DNA of 60,954 nucleotides, counting the filler, from Sphacelaria rigidula (Eukaryota), in the NCBI GenBank assembly GCA_964200075.2. It is 7 parts of 7 records of this genome, joined end to end, with 100 filler letters (N's around TTAATTAATTAA, not from the genome) between each part and the next. Parts side by side here need not be neighbours in the genome. Positions count along the whole stretch, not along the records: positions 43,613 to 52,233 come from CAXNAA020010579.1; positions 52,334 to 60,954 come from CAXNAA020010580.1; 5 more parts are not named here. The stretch is one strand, 5' to 3'. Below, one piece after another: positions 49,046 to 60,954 of the stretch; position 1 is the stretch's first letter, and each line of letters starts with the position of its first letter. The notes under the pieces were generated by a model. The model was not told the origin of the DNA and searched no databases. It saw nothing but the letters and a program-made list of their open reading frames with translations. The position numbers and the translations under genes are program-made.

Positions 49046-49890
49046 GTGTATACTTCGAGTACAAGGAATGCTTCTGACGACGGCCTCGCCAAACACCTGT
49101 CTAAGAATCGCGTTCCTTGCCCCCGGTTTCCCCTAGCCCCTAACTGCAGCTGCGAAGTATGTATCAAGAGGCAGCCGGAGAACTGTCCTCTCATCCGTCA
49201 AGGCATCATACCGGGTCCATCTGGGTACTGTCGGAAGGAGATCAACGAAGCCTTCAAGGAGCACATCAGCGCCAGAAACCACGACCTGCAAGACCTATCC
49301 CCACGTCTTCCAGACGGCTTACCATACGGGTCCACGGCTCTAATCAATGTGGACCCTGCTGGACACCGCGGTCATGATATAGCGCCAGTGTTGATAACCC
49401 GAAAAGCACAGAGTTCGTGGTCGCCGTCTGAAACGCACACGACGGTATGTTCGCCGATGGTGGTACAATTTTGTGGGTAGTCGATCTTGAGCGAGTCGTG
49501 GAGACGGAGCGGATGGAGTACGTCGTACCGAACGTGGTATCCGCCACTGCTAAGTCGCAGGCGGTTCCCCTCGATTTTGCAGAACGACTGGGGCAGAGCC
49601 TTAGTGGGTACATGAGACTAGTAGCAATAGGGGAGGATTGTAAGCATTTCGCACTACAAAACGGCGTGCTCGAAACTGCGCGTTCGAATGTTGTCCTTCT
49701 GTCGACCAACCCTCCATCCGTGCTCAAGGACTTTGAACCGGTACCTTTGTCGTGGGAAGATATTGACCGGTGCCCAGTACGGCCGAAGCTGTTCGGCACA
49801 GGAACTGTAGTCGCCAAGAAATTCACGCGACCGCGCTCGCAATCGGGCAAAAGACTTTCGAGGACATAACAAAGGCTTGAAGCCAAAGTG
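49046..49890 (+). pseudogene. Frameshifted, intronless ORF remnant of unknown (probably TE-borne) family
   Basis: Two overlapping long ORFs (49046-49480, 49447-49869) with protein-like composition, similar by eye to the fragment at 55482-55835. Confidence 0.45.
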
Positions 49891-50347
49891 ACGCAAGTTA
49901 TAACAGATAGGCAGTCGCGACGTCATCAGTGGAGTGGATGGGAGACACACGCACAGTTTGGGACACGGAGGTCGAGTGGATAGTAGACGAGAGATACAAA
50001 GAAAGGTACCCGGTGCAAAGTCCATAAAAGGTGAGCATTCGGTGTGCTGAGGGTTGTGCGCAGGTACGGATTTCTTATTAGCATGTCGTCGTACAGGGGA
50101 GCAACTACGGTTGGAGATGAGACTCTATTATAAGAATTCCCTCATCATGTGTGGTCTGGATTGAGGGTTGCACAGATAGGTATACAACCCCGGGGGAATC
50201 ATAATCCAAGTTGCGATGAACGTGCGAACAACACTGCACGATTTATGAGACATGTCACCGGTCGAGTAACACAGGGCGGGAAGATCTCAGACAAGATTTA
50301 GCGAAACGTTGCACCCCTACCGGGGACCCCTACATATTCTGGAACGG

Positions 50348-50795
50348 CCCCTTCAGGCCAAAATTTCCTATCGCGATGGTATCGCGATGGTATCGCGATA
50401 GGAAAATTTGGCTCGGATAGCATCGCGATACCATCGCGATAGAGAGAAATTGCATTTTTTTATCGCGATACTATCTGCCACAGGATCACACAGTTTCATG
50501 CAACGACCACTGGCGACATTAAACATTTTCACGAGGAAGTGTGTGGGACCAGACAATTCACCTTAATTCGATTTTCTCTGGTCGTAAACGATGCTATCAC
50601 GATAGCATCGCGATGAAGAGGAATGCCTTTTTTTCTATCGCGATGGTATGGCGATAGAAAAAAAAGCGATCCCTCTCTAACGCGATGCTATCGCGAGGCC
50701 AATCCTAGCCATTTCTGCCCATCGCGATAGCATCACGATAGAGAAATTTGTCTTTCTTTCTATCGCGGTGCTATCGCTATACCACTTTTAGGGTC
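50348..50795. repeat. Element rich in palindromic TATCGCGATA(G) sub-repeats (probable MITE)
   Basis: More than 12 copies of atcgcgat-like motifs in both orientations. Confidence 0.7.
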
Positions 50796-52162
50796 AAATA
50801 GGCCTAAATGGGCAGTTCCAGAGTATGTGGTATACTGCCCTACCGTAGCATTGCTCACAAGTGGAGTACAGAATACATGCTGGATAAAGATGAGAGTGTG
50901 GATTTTTTCTTTTGATATATATCCGAAATGTCATTTCGAAGGGCGGGTTGGGATTTATTAAATAAAAGTTCCGAATATACATACTCGAGGTTAGCGGTAA
51001 AAATATTTATGGTTCATCGTCAGCACGAAGATCGTAGCAGTAATCGAAAGGGTGGGAAATTGATCGTGGAATAGTGAGTAGCTCATGTACTGTATAGCTC
51101 ATACACAGAAAGTCAGCATATTGTCAGAGTATTCAAGAGTTGAGTACGAAGAGTCTAACATATCAACAGGTTGGATAAATAGTTTTATAGTGTCCAAGAG
51201 TTTTGTCGAGAGATTGAAACAGCCCTACGCTATCACTCTTTGAAGCGGCCCACCTCGAGTAAGCCTGCCAGCTTGTCATCAGTTTTCTGTAGAGTAGAGA
51301 CTGCTTTTGTTTGGTTTGAGTTCTACCAAGTTGCGTGCCAAGTTTAAACTATGATTTTGTTTCGCACAAGCAAGTGCTTCATCAACACTGCGTAGCGTCT
51401 GCAAGCTCTCTTGTCACAGCTGGGTTCACGTGTTGAACCTATTGTTCCTGTCATGTTGAAAGTTGAACACTGTGCATTTTGTACCCAAGCCACGACAGCC
51501 ATATATATTCCAACAAAATTAAGTGACGCGGTTCACCTATACTCAATGCAAGCAAATTTCCTCCTCATTCCAAGATCAAGTTATTCATTCAGTATAGGAT
51601 TTGGTGTACCCCCTCCCCTCCCCTGGAGCACCGAAAATGGAAGAAGCCGTGGTCACATGATAGACATATTATCTTGAATAATTCAGTCATTCATTGCGAA
51701 TGTAGTCGCGTTAAGAACACAAGGTACAAATCAGTTTTGAACACGCCCAACTTCGGCATTCTCTTTTTTTTCTCCATCTTCACCATCTTCTACATTTTTT
51801 CTTCGCATGTCTACGTGTGTTCTTTGTGTCGGCCCAATAAGCGCCACTTTCAAAATCAACGCGTGTTTTTGCTTCGAGTGTCCAACAGTACGCTGTGCGC
51901 TTCTGGGGGCTTCTTCGACTCCATGCCACCCACTGCAAGCCCTTTTACCAAAGACCGTACCCGGGACGAAACCAGAACTGAAACACTCGCTGGAAGTGTA
52001 AGTGATTCCCTATAGGATTTGGCGTACCCCCCCTCCCCCCCTCCTCCCCGCCACCGACAACCGAATATGTATGAAAAACTGGAGTGTGCATCGGGCATTC
52101 TTTTTGCATTCCCTGACGGGTCTGGGAGCTTTGTTTTATTTCCCCGCCCCCCCAACTCTACG

Positions 52163-52233
52163 CGGTGCTCCGTCTCGAAAGGGATGCGTGGTCAATGGTC
52201 AGACGACTAAGGCAAGCAACACATGAGAACGCC
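52163..52233 (+). mobile_element. LINE extreme 3' end at contig edge
   Basis: Same family 3' sequence. Confidence 0.8.
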
Positions 52234-52333
52234 NNNNNNNNNNNNNNNNNNNNNNNNNNNNNNNNNNNNNNNNNNNNTTAATTAATTAANNNNNNNNNNN
52301 NNNNNNNNNNNNNNNNNNNNNNNNNNNNNNNNN
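52234..52333. other. Artificial contig-joining spacer
   Basis: N44-TTAATTAATTAA-N44. Confidence 0.98.
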
Positions 52334-52583
52334 TGAGACACACTTTCGTCCATAGCGCCACCGCTACGACCTCAAACAAAAATCCGGCTATGTCACCCTC
52401 TTCGTCTCTTCATTGTGGTCAGTATGATACCATATATGCGACTATTGGGTGCGTATTGCGGAAGGCATTTGCTGATGACACAATTTTGGGTGATCACCGT
52501 GAACTAGCCTATAGTAATTGCTGGCGAAGTTTTCCAGGAGATGGGCGCTCGAAACCACATGTCCATAAATTACACTTTTCTCG

Positions 52584-52948
52584 TTACATGCTGAGCCTCT
52601 CTCGCTTTTTCGTTTTTTTGACCTTGACAGCTGTTGCGGGAGCCCTTGGTCCCTCCCCCTCCCCCTGCTCCCCACCCTCAGCTTGCTCACTCCCCGCGGC
52701 CGATAATCGCTTCTTCTTCTTCTTTTTCTTGGAGGCGCTTGCAGTACCGCCCGCTGCCGCCTGTTCCGCCTCCAGATCCAACCTTCGCGACTTCCTGGAG
52801 GGTGATTCCGCAGGGCTTTCGCTGTTGTCCCGGTCACCCCTCCGTTCCCCTGAACCCGCATCCGCCCGTCTTTTTTTTGCCGGTGCACCAGCGGCATGTT
52901 TTGATCGTGGTGTGCTCGCAGCAGGCTGTCGATTTCGCCTCGTGTATT
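52584..52948 (-). CDS. RPA34: RNA polymerase I subunit RPA34/PAF49-like, exon 4 (Lys-rich tail, stop)
   Basis: gacag| acceptor in phase 1. Basic low-complexity tail with KKKKKKK, ending ...KKRERLSM*. Confidence 0.8.
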
Positions 52949-53214
52949 CTGTCAAGGAGAGAGGAGTCAGGGCGCACATGGGCTCGCTAGTAGAATTGCA
53001 CACCCGTTGATCAAACTACAGACGACGAGAAAAACGATGGAAACCCAGATATCTGGAGTACTTGTTTGAAACGCTTCTCTATCATGGCAGGCTTCACCCA
53101 TCAATTTCTTTCATGTCGCCGGAGTTATCAGTCACCAACTACAGTGCATACCAGTCAACTCCAACACACATATGTGAACATAACTTCGGTATGCATTACA
53201 GTTGTATACCATAC

Positions 53215-53362
53215 CTGTTCCTGCGCCGACAAGCTTCGAGCGAACTCGCATGCCTGTTAGCTGTGGACGGCCTCGGTACGGCTCCACCAGCCCCGCCAGG
53301 GAACCGTCTTCTGGGATGTCTTGTGCCACTGGAAGAGGCGGCGGCACTACAGAAACGTTTAC
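53215..53362 (-). CDS. RPA34: RPA34-like, exon 3
   Basis: ctcag| acceptor and G|gtatgg donor. PYRGRPQLTGMRVRSKLVG resembles the A34 PQxxGLKxRxxPxG motif. Confidence 0.8.
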
Positions 53363-54534
53363 CTGAGCACACAAAATTCAATAAGGCTCGACATGAGAGT
53401 TACGCCAATCTTCAAGCTCGCATGAACAAGGCACATTAGTACTAAAGCGGGAGTGGCCAATGTGAGACTGTCCTGTTAATATCACCACGTGCCGAAATTG
53501 AGAAATCGATCAACACTCACTCTCCCATCATAATTGAGACTGGAGATTTATCGAAAAAGAGTACTCATATGCATGCACATGCCGAAAGTAGGGATTACGT
53601 TATCATAAATTTAGGATCACGCAGCTACAACAGTACTTCGCAACCTCGTCCCATTTTTTCACGCGCTTACAGCCCCGTCGACAAGGATTATTTTGCTCAA
53701 CTCAAGGGTCGACACAGTTTTAACCTTACCGCCCAGTATTTTTTATGCTTCCTCTGTCCCACAAGAGGAGCCCGTTTGGAGATTTTATCGCATTTTTTGT
53801 GCGTATATTTGGCTTTTTCCGAGCGTTTCTTTTTTGTTGTTCTCGTGAATTTTTGTAACAGAACTCAAAACTGAGGCTTTTGCCGAGCCCCCAATAGACA
53901 AGCAGCTACACTCACGGCGATCAGAGTGTGTCGGTCGTGCACAACCGGAGTCTACCGGTTGACAACCTTCCCATCGATTTCTGGAGAAACGTTTTTTTCA
54001 TGGTACCCGAGGCGTTTCGGAGACCCGCCCGAAACCGTCATTTTTCAGTCTGCCGCCACCACAGCACTATTTGAGCACGCAGCAGTCCGCGCTCCCAAGG
54101 GCAGCAGCCGTCAACAAGCGAGGACACCCTACGGACCGCCTTCTTGAGCATTACAGATCATGTCGACGAACCAGACTGCTGTGCCAACACCTCGAAACAC
54201 CCTACCGTGAGTCTGAGCATCGAAGAAAAGGTTCTTTTTACCTCTCGTATCGCACCTTGAGCCGAAGTTCTGCCAAAATTCTGGCTCTCCTTCGGAAAAT
54301 CTCACTACATAAGCCCACTTTGTGATTTTTTCACGCCGGGGATGATAACATGTGATCCCCTGGGGCTCATATATATTTTTTAGATGATGGCAACCATGTG
54401 CGGAAGAGATGTTGGAGGTCCGGATGTCGAAAACAACTGTATTGGGGTACATTATCGCAATATTTCACCACGGGCTTTTCCAATGAGATTTTCCAAACGG
54501 GCTCATCTTGTGGGACAGAGGAAGTATTCATTAC

Positions 54535-54753
54535 CTGGCCAGCAAAAGGACCAGCGACAGCAAGTGACCCTTCCTCGCCGCCGCTCAAAAGCGCTCGAAA
54601 ACTGGAGCTCTCCGCGCCGTCAGCACACGTGAACACCAGTGATCCTGTCGACACTTGATCTGTCCCCCCCTCCGATGGGTTGGATTCTTCACTAGACAAT
54701 CTACCCAGCACCTTTCCTTCCGTTGTCTTGCGCGGCAGTTTTATTCTGGCACC
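54535..54753 (-). CDS. RPA34: RPA34-like, exon 2
   Basis: tctag| acceptor and CAG|gtaatg donor. Encodes GARIKLP...ESSSFRALL...LAVAGPFAGQ. Phase 0/0. Confidence 0.8.
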
Positions 54754-54885
54754 CTAGACAAACCAACGAAGTAAAGATACAGCGAAATACGCGAAAGGAT
54801 AAGGTACAACATTGTGCACAACACAAATGAGAGGCGTAAATAGCAAATGCTGTAGATCAGGATATCCGCGAGGAGGGCAATTTTC

Positions 54886-56400
54886 CAAGGTTGTGTTCTG
54901 TAGGGTACGGTTTTCAGTGTATGCGGGGTATTTTGCCGGGTATTTACCGTACCCGACGGTTCTGTAATCTCTGCAAGACTTCCATACCTTCACCCGATAG
55001 TTATGTAATCTCTGTAAGACTCCCGTACCGTTACCGGGGGGCACGGGTACGCTCTTGATAAGATACCTGATTGCGGGCACGGTTTTCTGTGCAATCTGCA
55101 TACCCTACGCGACAGTTTCTGTAATTTCTTCAAGAGTTTCATGCAGTACCGGTACCCGACAGTTCTGTGAGCTCTGTAAGCCTCCCATACCCCTACCCGG
55201 GGTTCAGGTATACCGTTATAAATATACCCGACTGCAGGTATGAGCACAGATATATACCCTGGGTACGGATATAGGTACAATCCAAACACCTCATGCCCTG
55301 AATATGTACCTCCCATCGATCAACCCACCCAACTCCTCTACTCAAAACTGCACACCAACAATGATTCAATGTTGAAAAGTTCTTTAGTTTGGAATCTGAC
55401 GGGATACGAGGTACCGCTGAGTGGAAACACGAAACATGAACAGCCCTGCAGACCGTCAGGACGGATCCCCCCCAGACTCGAGTGGTGGCTCGAGCGGGGG
55501 CGGCTCATCTCGCCACCAGAGGATCAAGTAGCAAGACGCACGTCATCGACGTTGATTGTGGTTGTGTCGTGGTCATCGAGCCCCAGGCCGTTATCGACAT
55601 GTACAGCACAGAGTATGAGCCGCCACCGAAAGTTGTCACGGCCGTCGGCGATTTTGTCGCGTGCCGAAGGGCTTCCAGAGAACAACGGGCAGCCGTAAAT
55701 GGTCCTTCATGTACTTTCCGGGAGTGTACGTGAAGCCGATCGATGTTGACGATCCCGTGCAAACGTACTACTGCGATTGTTCGTGTAGTCTTTCTCTATC
55801 AACCTCGTGAAGCCGTTCAGAGTTTTCGTGAACTGTCATCTGTATTTCGCCACTGTTGTAGTGACGTAGGTCCCACCACAGGGGCGATGACAATACCAAG
55901 GTCGTGTTTTGTAGGGTACGGTTTTCTGTATACCCGGGGTATTTTGCCGGGTATTTATAGTACCCGACAGTACTGTAAACTCTGTAAGATTTCCATACCG
56001 GTACCCGACAGTTCTGTAATATCTGTGAGTCATTCATACCAGTACCGTTACCGGGGGGCACGGGTATGCTCTTGATAAGATACCGGCTTGCGGGTACGGT
56101 TTTCTGTGCAACCTCCATACCTTACCCGACAGTTTCTGTGAGTTCTGTAAGCCTCCCATACCCTTACCCGACAGTTCTGTGAGTTCTGTACAAAAACTTT
56201 ACCCTAATCCGAGGGGCGGGTATGCCCTAAAAGAGTTACCCGATCGCTGGTACCGGCTTTCTGCGAGCCTCCCATACCCGCACCCGACAAGCTCTGTTAT
56301 TTCTGTGAGGCATTCATACCGGTACCCGACAGTTCTGTAAACTCTGCAGGGAATCTCATACCCTACAGAACGTACCAGTACCTTATGGAACATAACCTTG
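54886..56400. mobile_element. Composite hAT-like element (two left ends, one right end, internal cargo)
   Basis: Left TIR at 54886, second left TIR at 55897, right TIR ending 56400. Perfect 8-bp TSD CAATTTTC at 54878-54885 and 56401-56408. Confidence 0.85.
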
Positions 56401-57917
56401 CAATTTTCAACCCTTGCCAATGTGAACAGTGTACCAGCTACATTGAAAAGTACCATGCACTTGAGATGTTCGCCGAAGATCCAGACAGCTACGGGCCAGT
56501 GCGGCCCCTTTCGTAGTTTGTCACGTCACTGAAGGAACAGGAGTGTCAGGCAATGGCGACTGGAGCACAATCCGACTGTCAGACAAATGACGTTCATGGA
56601 GTGAGCTCGTGATATCCTTACATTTGTCCAATATCCACCTCACCCGTCACATCAATCCGATTACCTCACTTCACGAACCCAAACTCATGAAGCTTTTCTG
56701 ATGTATTCGATCATATCATCTCGTTAACTGTCGCATAGTCAGTCAATTCAATGTCATCGACTGCTGGTGCAGGTAAGCGAGGCCGGTCTCCCATGACGGC
56801 AATTTTTACCATATCTGCACTTCCTGTGTTATGGAGAGCTGGTACACCTGAGCTGAACTTTTCGGTTTAGCTCAGACATCGGGTGTAAGAAATCGGCATC
56901 AACTATTGGCCCTATACTGACTTTATCTGAGAGAGGTGAGCAAAAATAGAACTTGAATGCGCTGCGAAACCCGTTAGACAGCACTGTCCCTTCCAGGGTA
57001 CCTAGCAATTATGTACGAAAGTTTCAGATGGTGAACGGATGTTACTTCAGTTTTCACCCCCAGAGCCTTGTAGCAACCAGTAGTGAAGGTGACCTTTCGT
57101 TGATCTGGCTATTGAGAGGGGTTCAGTATAGCATAGTTGGTTGAAAGATACAACGCCCGCGCAAAAAAAAGGGTTTGGATCCAGCGGGCCGTTACCACCC
57201 ACACAGTCGGTGCCATGGTTGCGATTGTGCAGGACAGGGTACAGTCAGTACAGGACAGGACAGGACAGGACGGGATAATCTCTTTGGGTGGGTGTAGACT
57301 ACAATAAGCGGTGACCGTGCCACCACAAGGCATTCTGCTGACGGAGCCTTCGGCAGATACAGCTGCGAGTGCTTGGGCCCAAACATTAGTACGTGAGCTT
57401 CAGTGCACTAGCTGTGTAGATACTCTGTAGCTATGCCCCACCCCAGTGTACACCAGGACAAAAAAACACCGCAGAACACGCCAGAGTACGACGGTGGAGG
57501 TACGGTGGGCAGTGTAAGTAAGGTAAAAGAAACATTTTGAGCGCCGGCAAGTCTTTGAGTTGTCGTTGTACCACATGTACGGCCGGTACGATGCCTAATT
57601 GGTCATGTGTATTACCCAAGGCTTCCGCATGATGGGGCGGAATCACATGGCCGACGGTCGAACCGGACGGCAAACTTAGCAAAAAGCGAAGATGTCGAGT
57701 TACCATATGTCAGAGCTAAAAATCTCCACACTCTGACCAACTACAGTGGGAAAATGCAACATTCGATACTGTACGCAGTACGCTCCCCGCCAATGTAATC
57801 CATCATCCAGGGCGTAAAAATCTCACATGGCAGAATCTCGCACACGGTTTCAGGGCTGAAGACACGTGAAAACGTGAAAACGTTTCATACGTCGGGCAGG
57901 ACCATGATCTGTCTCAA

Positions 57918-58271
57918 GTGTGTTTGTTGTATGTGGCCATCCCATCTATTCTGGACGCCGATTTACACCTTTCCGTATATGTGGGCGCATCAACCGCGGT
58001 CACACAGGAGGAGGCCCAGCACAGGGGTTTTCCCTTTTTTTATTTGTTGAAGTCCTCCACGTTCCTTCTGCGGTGCTTGCCTTCACGTTTTATCGCGAGA
58101 GGGGTCCAGCAGTCCTTTTCCTTAGGTCGAGTTTTGTGTATCCACGACAAAGTCGCTTTCAATTGTTGGGCATCGTGTGAGAAAAAATCCCAGATCGCTC
58201 CGAGGCTCGAACCCACGACCCAACCGTCAGGAGCTTTCCAGATTACCAACTGAGCCACCGGGGCGACCGGC
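57918..58271 (-). mobile_element. tRNA-derived SINE, near full length
   Basis: Head gccggtcgccccggtggctcagttgg (A box) and ggttcgagcc (B box), family body, CA-rich tail. Confidence 0.85.
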
Positions 58272-58545
58272 ATGAAGTAACTGGCTTAATAAAAAAAGAG
58301 GTCTCGCGGATCCGTTGGTCCAAAAACACAAAATCAAAATATGTGACCGGGGAGTCATAAAAGCCGAAGCGCAACCTTTTCGCTACTCGGTGTCCGGCCC
58401 TGTAGGGAGAAAACGTGGAAAAGGGGGTCCAAGTGTTCCGGATCATGATCTGTGCGAGGTGTACGTTTCACTTGTCCTACCGCCGATCATGTGCCGGGAC
58501 GCTTCCCGTGTTCTACCGTCGATTGTGTTGAAAAACGGCTCTGAA

Positions 58546-59435
58546 CCCTTAGACAGCGACCCCCCCCCGCAGGTGGACTGAGATGGACTATGCCACATTT
58601 GAAATCCAGAACAGCTTCTCTCTCGTTACACAAAACGCCTTTTCCCATGAACATGTGGATGTTGGGGCATCTGTATGGAAAATATTCCAGGGGATTCCCT
58701 GACCAGTTTTGACCCTGCAGTCAACTGTGTGCAGAGTCAGAATGTGTGCTATATGTCTTCGCTGGATATAACGGTACGAACCAGTCAGCGTGCCATCGCT
58801 CTCCGCGGAACACAGTCCACCACATACTGATGTCTCCGCTTAGTGCTCCACAAGATCGCAACACACAGTGGGAAGCTATGCTGGAAACATGTGAGGGGTC
58901 ACACAGGTGGCATAGACCACGAGCAGAGAAAAAGGTGTCCGTGGTTGAATTGTGATGACCAAAACGAGAAACACGGCTAGACAGCGAAGTAGTCCACCTG
59001 TAGTCCATCTGCAGGGAAACAAAGTGACCATTTTGAAAACTGTGATTGGTCAGAACGGTCACTCCGCTCCTCTCGGGCCTCATTTCTGGCTTAGAGCGTG
59101 TCTTAGCACATCTTTTTCGATCGAAATTGTGCGATGGAAAAGGAAAACTCCGATTTAATAGGTCGTGGTTTCCACTATCGTAATTTACTTGGATAGGAAT
59201 TTTTGTTTTCTACCGCACTTTATCGATCGAAAAATGATGTGCTAAGACACACCCTTATAACTTCCCGTGGAAGCTTCCAAACACACACGGTTGACTTGGT
59301 GAGTTTTCCGGCTGTTTTGCGAACAACCCCCCAGCCCTCTGTAAAAAACCACCCCCCTCCCCCCTGGGAATTCTTGGATGTCCCTGGACTGTCAGCCTGA
59401 GAAACTGTTCCGAAGTGACGCTCGGTGTCTAAGGG
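58546..59435. mobile_element. piggyBac-type non-autonomous element
   Basis: TIR cccttagacagcga / tcggtgtctaaggg, flanked by TGAA (degenerate) and TTAA. Confidence 0.8.
59094..59254. mobile_element. Tourist-like MITE nested in the piggyBac-type element
   Basis: TTA TSD on both sides. The homologous copy in contig 3 has a single TTA at the empty site (~17612). Confidence 0.88.
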
Positions 59436-59824
59436 TTAACGTGCCCAGGCAACCTTTCATATGATCATGACGATCTTTGAGCCGCGAACAACCCTCACAT
59501 GACTACATTGGACTCGGGCAAAACTTTCACGTGGCCGTTTTTGAACGGTCAAGAAAATGACAAGTACAAACGTCAAACACCTCACGTCAGGTTGGTCAAG
59601 TGAAAAGTCTTGAGACTTTTGAAACTGTACTGAATTACTGTAACTGTAAGTAGTGGAAGAGAACTACACGCTCTCAAAAACAACGTGAGGCTTTAGCAGC
59701 AAAATATAGCTGGTACACATGGCTACTTAGTATGAACAAATGATGAAACACGCTTGCATGGGAAACCAAGGAGTATCCACAGACATCGCAGCTAACCGTA
59801 CAAATACGCGCAAACGCTACTCAC

Positions 59825-59950
59825 CTGGAGGCTTTGTGTGGTGATATGCCGCGGAACTCTGAATAGCCACAACCTCTTGCCCTGTCCAGTCTGCACGTCC
59901 GATAGCTCGAGGCCTGTGGTGGTCTCGATTGGCACGAAGCCTTCCGCCAT
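59825..59950 (-). CDS. RPA34: RPA34-like, exon 1
   Basis: MAEGFVPI...KRLWLFRVPRHITTQSLQ|gtgagt carries the A34 N-terminal GF...(V/L)WLIxxP motif. The four exons total 858 nt (285 aa). Confidence 0.82.
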
Positions 59951-60411
59951 AGTGTCACAGGTAATAGGAGACTACTGCTTTGGTTTGTCAAATATGTTCT
60001 CCACCCACGCCAGAGATAAATCGCTGTCGACGGTATGTACGATACGGTCCCAGCTCCAGTTCCGCCGCGTTTTGGAAGATGATATGTTTGGCGAATAGGT
60101 TACACGGTATGTTTAACTACTCCGAAACGAGTGTATTTTTCTTTTTCTTTTTCACAGTTGGTCCAAAATTGAACTTGCGCAAATCCTGCTGATCACACAG
60201 GAGGATATATTGCTCGATGAATTTCAAGTGCCTGAAGCACGAAACAAGGATTGGTATAATAAGCCAGAAGCATCATGGGCGTAGATTCACAAGATATTTG
60301 CATGCCTTGACTATGTTGGAGGTAAAACAACGATGCATGAGTGTACTCATCCATCTACCGTACTATACAATTATATTTTTACCGTACAATAATAAATTCA
60401 TGAACCAGATT

Positions 60412-60757
60412 GCCGCTCGCCTCCGCCGTGGCTCAGTTGCTAACCTCGGATCGTTCTGACGGTCAGGTTGTGGGTTCGAAACTTGGTGAAGTCGTAGGCT
60501 CTGGGATTTTTTGTCACACTATGCCCAACAGTGAAGAGCGACTATGTCGTGGGTACGCGAAAATCAACATCACGGTCGACGAGGGAAAGGGATCGCTGAA
60601 CCCCTCTTCTCGCGATAAAAAATGCTAATTGAAATAAAAGAAAAAGAAATAGCGTCTGTCTTGGCCTTCCTCCTTCCTGTGTGACCCCGGCTATATCGCC
60701 CACATAAACCGTAAGACGTAGACCGGCACCAAGAATAGATGGGATGACAACACAATA
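60412..60757 (+). mobile_element. tRNA-derived SINE, near full length
   Basis: A box tggctcagttg, B box ggttcgaaac, family body and tail. Confidence 0.82.
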
Positions 60758-60881
60758 CACGCATGATGAGTGATGATGCTATACATACGGTAGGTAGGGG
60801 TGCACAATTTTTTGTGAGGGGTTGGAACTATTCTTGTGTGTGTACGAGAGTGCCCAAAGAAAAAAATCGAGACCCTATGTA

Positions 60882-60912
<31 letters not shown>

Positions 60913-60954
60913 CCTTTTTTTTTTTGTTCAGTAACACCCCAAAAAAAAAAACTA

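Noticed and set aside
51200-51560. Copia RNase H-like remnant on the minus strand (KTDDKLAGLL)
   Set aside because: Too degenerate, with no other Copia motifs.
8624-52333. Regularly spaced TTAATTAATTAA palindromes as a biological array
   Set aside because: Embedded in fixed N44 padding with monotonic contig lengths, so this is a synthetic six-frame-stop linker.
58195-58271. tRNA gene
   Set aside because: A and B boxes are present but there is no convincing cloverleaf, and the sequence continues into a repeated SINE body.

Overview
Eukaryotic, intron-rich, TE-dense genomic DNA, most likely from a brown alga (Phaeophyceae, Ectocarpus-like). This rests on the repeat families, a bipartite plastid-targeting presequence and the exon/intron style. 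The window is not one locus: it is seven unrelated ~8.62-kb contigs, sorted by length and joined by an artificial 100-nt N44-TTAATTAATTAA-N44 spacer, so neighbourhood arguments only hold within a contig. Manual splicing gives these phase-consistent gene models: (1) three exons of a divergent AIF/AIFM1-like oxidoreductase with a GC-AG intron; (2) four exons of an unknown protein made of viral-fibre-like beta repeats; (3) a plastid-targeted gene head-to-head with a HIS6/HisA exon; (4) a SARAF-like membrane protein whose cytosolic tail carries both a PPPY motif and a WW domain; (5) two intact, paralogous terminal exons of a bS21-like ribosomal protein ~600 bp apart, which are candidate alternative last exons; (6) a complete 4-exon RNA polymerase I RPA34-like gene. 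The rest is LINE remnants, a decayed chromoviral Gypsy element holding a 350-bp LINE-derived hairpin, a tRNA-derived SINE family, hAT-, PIF/Harbinger-, piggyBac- and TA-target MITEs (several with visible TSDs), a composite hAT element carrying a coding fragment, and microsatellites.
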